Assembly (NCBI GenBank): GCA_963772725.1
Contig: CAVYYI010000001.1
Coordinates: 1,088,001 to 1,152,000, forward strand
Direction: 5' to 3'
Origin: an uncultured Phycisphaerales bacterium
Lineage (GTDB): Bacteria > Planctomycetota > Phycisphaerae > Sedimentisphaerales > Anaerobacaceae
DNA: 64,000 nt
The position numbers were made by a program, and so were the translations under genes. Positions 58,879 to 64,000 of this stretch are shown in pieces. How positions within the stretch are numbered: position 1 is the stretch's first letter; the number at the start of each line of letters is the position of its first letter. The notes below the pieces were generated by a model. That model worked only from the letters and a program-made list of their open reading frames with translations. It did not search any database and was not told the DNA's origin.

Positions 58879-60240
58879 ATGAGAATTTCAGTTGAAGAAG
58901 TATTTGAAACCGTAAAAATGACACTCGACCATCATTTTGATATCAGGACAGTTACACTCGGTATCAATCTCAAAGATTGTATGGACAGAAACCTCAATGG
59001 TCTGGTCAATCGCATCCAGAAGCGGATAGTCGAAAAGGGACTCTTGCTCAATAAATACGCCGATGTCATCGAGCAGAAATACGGCATCCCAATCACTAAT
59101 CGCAGGATAGCAGTTACGCCGGTCTCGCTGCTGCTCGAACCTCTGCCGCATAAAATTCAAACTGCCGTCGCTGTAGCAAAAGCCCTCGACTCAGCAGCGA
59201 AAAAAGCTAATGTCAATTTTATTGGCGGCTTCGGCGCAATGGTACAAAAAGGTATGACCGCCGCCGATGAAACTCTCATCGACTCGATTCCACAGGCTTT
59301 ATCCGAAACCGAAAGAGTTTGCGGTTTCCTCAATCTCGCTTCAACCGTGGCTGGCATAAATATGAACGCTGTCGAAAAATTCGGCCATATCCTTAAAAAA
59401 CTCGCGTCGTCATCAAAAAACGGTATCGGATGCGCAAAAATAGCTGTCTTCGCCAATGTTCCGGAGGATAACCCTTTTATGGCCGGCGCCCATCACGGCA
59501 TCGGCGAGCCAGACTTCTCGCTGAATATCGGTATCTCCGGTCCAGGCGTCGTCCGAGATGTTGTTATGCAAAACCCTGATTGCGACCTCACTCAGTTGTC
59601 AGAAGTCATAAAGAGAACCGTTTTCAAAATCACACGCGCAGGTGAACTTATCGGCAGGGAACTCGCTAAACTGATGAACATTGATTTTGGAATCGTCGAT
59701 ATTTCGCTGGCTTCCACAACCTCCGCCGGAGACTCTGTCGCCGAAATCATCGAGGCCATGGGAGTAAAACAGGTCGGCCTTCCCGGTTCTACCGCCGCCC
59801 TGGCGATGTTGATGGATGCCGTTAAAAAAGGCGGTGCTATGGCATCCGGTAATGTGGGCGGCCTCTCCGGTACTTTCATTCCCGTAAGCGAAGATGCCGG
59901 TATGATTCGCGCCGTTAAATCCGGTTCGCTGACACTCGATAAACTCGAGGCGTTAACAAGCGTCTGCTCTGTCGGGCTGGATATGTTCGCCGTTCCCGGA
60001 GATACTCCCGCTGACGTTCTTTCCGCTATAATCGCAGATGAGCTATCTATCGGTATGATTAACAACAAAACCACCAGCGTGCGTGTTATTCCCGTCCCAA
60101 GGAAAAAGGCCGGCTCGATTGTGCATTTCGGAGGCCTACTCGGCTCGGCGCCGATTATGAAAGTCGCAAAAATCGCTTCGCCGAAATTTATCGCCCGTCG
60201 TGGAAGAATACCATCGCCGGTAACAGCCCTGCGCAACTAA
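58879..60240 (+). CDS. UPF0210/DUF711 (PFL-like) protein
   Basis: DIRTVTLGI, PEDNPFMAGA, GGLSGTFIPVSED and CSVGLDM motifs; usual partner of UPF0237. Confidence 0.92.
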   Translation: MRISVEEVFETVKMTLDHHFDIRTVTLGINLKDCMDRNLNGLVNRIQKRIVEKGLLLNKYADVIEQKYGIPITNRRIAVTPVSLLLEPLPHKIQTAVAVAKALDSAAKKANVNFIGGFGAMVQKGMTAADETLIDSIPQALSETERVCGFLNLASTVAGINMNAVEKFGHILKKLASSSKNGIGCAKIAVFANVPEDNPFMAGAHHGIGEPDFSLNIGISGPGVVRDVVMQNPDCDLTQLSEVIKRTVFKITRAGELIGRELAKLMNIDFGIVDISLASTTSAGDSVAEIIEAMGVKQVGLPGSTAALAMLMDAVKKGGAMASGNVGGLSGTFIPVSEDAGMIRAVKSGSLTLDKLEALTSVCSVGLDMFAVPGDTPADVLSAIIADELSIGMINNKTTSVRVIPVPRKKAGSIVHFGGLLGSAPIMKVAKIASPKFIARRGRIPSPVTALRN

Positions 60241-60319
60241 TATGCGTTCAGTTTGGCATCTGGTTTCTAACAGGAATAAAGTTTATATGAAACTATAATA
60301 TCGCTTTTTCCCACTTGCC

Positions 60320-61492
60320 TTATCCTGCCAGTAATCCAATCAATATCACACTGCCAAACACAGCAAGCCCCAGTAAATTAAAAATTATGCCCAGCACTGC
60401 AAAGACTCTTTTACGATGTTTCTTAAGCACTCCAATTATTCCAAGTATCAGACCTATCACATACCCAAGACCGCTGAACATTATAATCATACCCAATATC
60501 ATAGCTATAGGATATTCCCTATCGCCTATGCTACCATTAACAATATTAATAATTACCACAAAAACAAAAACTGCGAATACTGCCAGCCCAATTGCCAATG
60601 ATATCACGAAAGACGTAATCCCAACCCCTGAATGAACTGCAGCAACAGGTATATTCTGAAGTTGTTGAAGGTGTATAATCATTTTCTGTCTTGTCTGTGA
60701 TTCTGTAGTTGTTTCCGTAACTCCCGCAACCTGCCTTATATATTTGGCTGCAGCTTTCTGCATTGCTATCGGCCCCCGGTATGGACTAATTCTGCTGACA
60801 AATCGCCATACAAATATCAATGTGTTTTTAAACCATTTTATACGCAGATATTCCCGGTGTTTTTGCCATCCTTTCAACTCCGTTTCTATAAATGTCTCAC
60901 TACTTACAGGATAGGTTCTCAGTCCATTACTATGCAGGAATTCTAAGCTGCGTATATGCTCCAATAAAAGCGATTCGGCATCATCTCCAGGAAATACCTG
61001 GCGAAAATTCCACGGAGGACAAGGCATTAAAACTGAGCTGATTTCCCTGCTTGTTGTTAGACTTTTTGTGCCATTGTCCAAACTTGATTGAAAGGCAAAA
61101 GTGGTCTTGCCCCTGCCAGCTTCCACACGAACAATTGCCGCGGACACATTAATGTCTTCACGCACGAAGCCAACGATTGTCGCTGACAGATTTGGCACCT
61201 TCAATGCCGCGCCTGCAGGTTTAAAACCAAGAGTCGAAAATTTCTCCGCGAGCAAACTCACATCTTTTCTGCGAAGGTCTCTTACAATCGGTATAAGCTC
61301 TGCATTTCCGAAGATGTGACGAATAAAATAAAAACCCGGCATGAAAATAAAAACTATAAATACAAAACATCCCGGGAAGATCAACCACCCTATCCACCCT
61401 AAAGACCGAAATAATTCCGGCGGATTGAAAAATAAAAATCCAAAAGTCAAGCCAATAATAATTGGCAGAACTTTCCACAATATTTTATTCAT
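60320..61492 (-). CDS. Hypothetical membrane protein
   Basis: 390 aa with N- and C-terminal TM clusters. Confidence 0.75.
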   Translation of the reverse strand: MNKILWKVLPIIIGLTFGFLFFNPPELFRSLGWIGWLIFPGCFVFIVFIFMPGFYFIRHIFGNAELIPIVRDLRRKDVSLLAEKFSTLGFKPAGAALKVPNLSATIVGFVREDINVSAAIVRVEAGRGKTTFAFQSSLDNGTKSLTTSREISSVLMPCPPWNFRQVFPGDDAESLLLEHIRSLEFLHSNGLRTYPVSSETFIETELKGWQKHREYLRIKWFKNTLIFVWRFVSRISPYRGPIAMQKAAAKYIRQVAGVTETTTESQTRQKMIIHLQQLQNIPVAAVHSGVGITSFVISLAIGLAVFAVFVFVVIINIVNGSIGDREYPIAMILGMIIMFSGLGYVIGLILGIIGVLKKHRKRVFAVLGIIFNLLGLAVFGSVILIGLLAG

Positions 61493-61612
61493 ATCTTAAA
61501 CCTCTTAAAATCCATTTATATGCTCGAACCACTTTTGCAGGCACATAAATGTAAAGAAGTCATTCCGGTTCTCGGAATAGTGAATCTATTTCTTAAACAG
61601 GATGTTAATTCG

Positions 61613-62812
61613 TTATTTCAATGCCACTACTTCGGTGAACCGCACTAAAGTACCTGAAGACTGCGGATTCGACACTGAGACGCCGACCAGGCCGACTTTT
61701 TGCCCGATAAGTTTGCTCAAATCGGTTTTTGCCGCGGATTCGTCCGGCGTTGCGTAACAGATTATCTTGCCTGAATCGTCAACAATCAGATAACGCTTGG
61801 GCCCTGTCCCTGTATAAATATTTGAAATCTGCAGCCGCCCCATTACCGCGAACTTGCCGTAATTCTTAACTTCAGCAAGTTTCGCATCGCGGGCCGCGGC
61901 AATACCTTCCTGTGTCTTTTGCAGTTCTGTGTCCTGCTGCTTGACCTGTTTTCCAACCTCCAAAGCCAGTTCCGAGCTGCCTATTTGCTTAAGCGCAAAT
62001 TCGGAATATTTCGCGGCCTTGCCTGCGTCTTTATTGCTCGCTATCGCGCTGAATTTCTTCTTTAGGGTCGTATAATCCTGCTCTCCTATCGGCTTGGCAC
62101 GTTCAGCGGTCAATTGTTTGCTCAAATCGTAATATTCTCTCAACAGCCTCTGCTCCGCGCTCGGCTGTCCACGCACAGCAACGGCGTTTGGTTCACCTTT
62201 GCTTATTGCCTTTACTGTTCCGCCGAGAGGCTCCATCGGCTTTGTATATTGCGTACTGACCCATAGATATGCCCCTTCCGGCGGAGCAATCTTCACATAC
62301 CCTTCGCTTTCCTCGCCCAGCAGCCTAACAGTTTCATTCCTGTTTAATTTGAAATGAGGCGTCCACGAATGCATCGGTTTACGCTCATCTGAACCCGCGT
62401 AAACTCTGACATCGTCGCCGGCAATAATACCGACTCCGGGATTGTTCGGGTCAATATTCACATACTGCTTTGCTACCCAGGAAAAACACTTTTCCGGAGC
62501 AACGATATGCGACCAGCTATACTGATGACCAACTACTTTAATACGGTCACCTTTTTTAAGTTTTCCGCAGGTATAATAATTAGTGCCTGGCCCGGAACGA
62601 ACATACACGTTATCCTCTAACACCTCGGCAAAATAAGGTTCCTCCGCCACACCAACGCCATTCGCTTCGACGACAGGAGCCGCAAGCGGAGTTGCAGCCG
62701 CCGAAGAAGGGGCGACCGTGTTTGGACCCGGCTTTAACGAAGCCTGCTTTGAATAACCAACAGACACTAAACATACCACAGCAATCCATGCAAACAATAA
62801 TGAAAATCGCAT
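61613..62812 (-). CDS. Secreted protein with two bacterial SH3-like domains
   Basis: Signal peptide; NVYVRSGPGTNY...WV and DVRVYAG...LWVS. Confidence 0.8.
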   Translation of the reverse strand: MRFSLLFAWIAVVCLVSVGYSKQASLKPGPNTVAPSSAAATPLAAPVVEANGVGVAEEPYFAEVLEDNVYVRSGPGTNYYTCGKLKKGDRIKVVGHQYSWSHIVAPEKCFSWVAKQYVNIDPNNPGVGIIAGDDVRVYAGSDERKPMHSWTPHFKLNRNETVRLLGEESEGYVKIAPPEGAYLWVSTQYTKPMEPLGGTVKAISKGEPNAVAVRGQPSAEQRLLREYYDLSKQLTAERAKPIGEQDYTTLKKKFSAIASNKDAGKAAKYSEFALKQIGSSELALEVGKQVKQQDTELQKTQEGIAAARDAKLAEVKNYGKFAVMGRLQISNIYTGTGPKRYLIVDDSGKIICYATPDESAAKTDLSKLIGQKVGLVGVSVSNPQSSGTLVRFTEVVALK

Positions 62813-62926
62813 TTTTAATCTCCCTAAAAAAAATAGCGCCTTACTGAAAATTACCACTACCTGCATTTGTATAAATACTTAACACCCTTGCCGCCGCTTG
62901 TCAACTTTTTTATTCTTTAAAATATC

Positions 62927-64000
62927 TTACTTCCCCAGCCTCGAAAGCTCATCTCTGCACATCTTTAACTGCGCCTGGTTCGACAGCTTTTGTGCCGCCG
63001 ACTGCAAATACTTTACCGCCAGATCCGGCTTATTAAGATAACGCGAATACAATAATCCGAGCATTAATTCCACCTGGTCCCGATATTCGTATTTTGCGTA
63101 ATGAACCAAAAATGATTCATAAGCCATTGCGGCTTCCTGCTGCCTTCCCTGGCTGGCGAGCTGATTGGCGATATCAAGCAGGTGCTGCCGAGGCAGTATC
63201 TGTTCCCTGTCGAGTTCCATTAGTCTCAAATACCCATCGGCGGCCAAAGCCAGGTTATGCTGAGCAATGCTCGCGGCTATCTCCCCGCGAACCCGTGCGA
63301 TTTCTTCATCTCGCCGCAGCTCAGTCTCGGTCTTTTTTACTTCCTTTGCAATAACTTTTTTCGACCAGTAATCCTGAGCAGTAAAAGGGTCGTATCCCCC
63401 CGCGACCGCATCCCGATACGCTCGCCTGCGATTCCACTGCCTGAGCATCGACCATAAATCAAAGCCGCTGTGGCTTATTATACCAACCGAAAGCAAACAC
63501 AACATTGTTAAAATACCGAAAGCATACCCCGAAAGATCAGCCCCGTGAGCTATCCCCGGAATATTTCGTTCAATAATATTATCCCATACGATTAACTTAA
63601 AACCGATAAATCCCAAAGCTGGTATTTCTATGGTATCAATGTAAAATATCAGCCAGTAAAAAACAGTAATCAATGTTTGCGGGAAAAGCACAAGATACGC
63701 CCCTGTTACCGCCGCGACCGCCCCGCTTGCGCCAAGCACAGAATAATCAGTAATTAAAACATGCCCGATACCGCTGAAAACCGCGCCAGCCAGGTAAAAA
63801 CATAAATACCCGATATGGCCAAGCTTATCGTTGACACTGTTGCCGAAAAGATACAAAAAGAACATATTGCCGAGTATGTGCCAGAGATTTGCGTGGAGAA
63901 AAGCATACGTTACAAACTGCCATATCCTCGGCTGAAGCGGTACAAGCGAAAATGTATCCACCCAAGGCCCGAAAACTTTCGGCATACCCCACGGGCTGTA
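62927..64000 (-). CDS. Rhomboid-family membrane protein with C-terminal TPR-like domain (5' end outside window)
   Basis: WQFVTYAFLHANLWHILGNM, GASGA; soluble helical C-terminus. Confidence 0.85.
   Translation of the reverse strand, partial: YSPWGMPKVFGPWVDTFSLVPLQPRIWQFVTYAFLHANLWHILGNMFFLYLFGNSVNDKLGHIGYLCFYLAGAVFSGIGHVLITDYSVLGASGAVAAVTGAYLVLFPQTLITVFYWLIFYIDTIEIPALGFIGFKLIVWDNIIERNIPGIAHGADLSGYAFGILTMLCLLSVGIISHSGFDLWSMLRQWNRRRAYRDAVAGGYDPFTAQDYWSKKVIAKEVKKTETELRRDEEIARVRGEIAASIAQHNLALAADGYLRLMELDREQILPRQHLLDIANQLASQGRQQEAAMAYESFLVHYAKYEYRDQVELMLGLLYSRYLNKPDLAVKYLQSAAQKLSNQAQLKMCRDELSRLGK

Noticed and set aside
51639..60236. Long antisense ORFs (51639..52340, 56752..57699, 59592..60236) and similar short overlapping ORFs in the track
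   Set aside because: They are shadows of well-supported genes on the opposite strand and have no recognisable motifs
1..64000. tRNA, rRNA or prophage
   Set aside because: No cloverleaf or rRNA-like segment and no phage structural or integrase genes recognised by eye; a covariance-model scan was not possible

Overview
A gene-dense bacterial window, most likely from a Planctomycetota (Phycisphaerae/Sedimentisphaerales-like) genome. This is inferred from a membrane-anchored ECF sigma factor, an H-X9-DG prepilin-like protein and the overall gene content. From left to right it holds: (1) a >1000-aa repeat-rich surface protein missed by the ORF track; (2) an exosortase/EPS locus (Wza, exosortase, EpsI, giant TPR protein, Wzc, epimerase); (3) rlmN, a U32 protein, a cold-shock protein and a 2003-aa coiled-coil protein with Zn-finger-like ends; (4) rpmE-prfA, a kinase/nucleoside-deoxyribosyltransferase-like fusion and deoC; (5) an accessory island (FN3 protein, ISAs1, IS630, TIR protein); (6) pabB-pabC-Nif3-scpB, a 2-oxoacid:ferredoxin oxidoreductase operon, clpX, ruvX, a nucleotide-sugar dehydrogenase, surE and others. 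The most striking unexplained structure is a dispersed family of short (7, 9 or 10 bp unit) tandem-repeat arrays. They occur as inverted 'brackets' around cargo genes inserted inside conserved operons (a GxxExxY plus nuclease pair, and a four-helix-bundle gene), nest around the accessory island, appear as cargo-free copies, and often supply the stop codon of the upstream gene. Several genes carry isolated frameshifts that may be assembly errors. No rRNA, tRNA or CRISPR array was seen.
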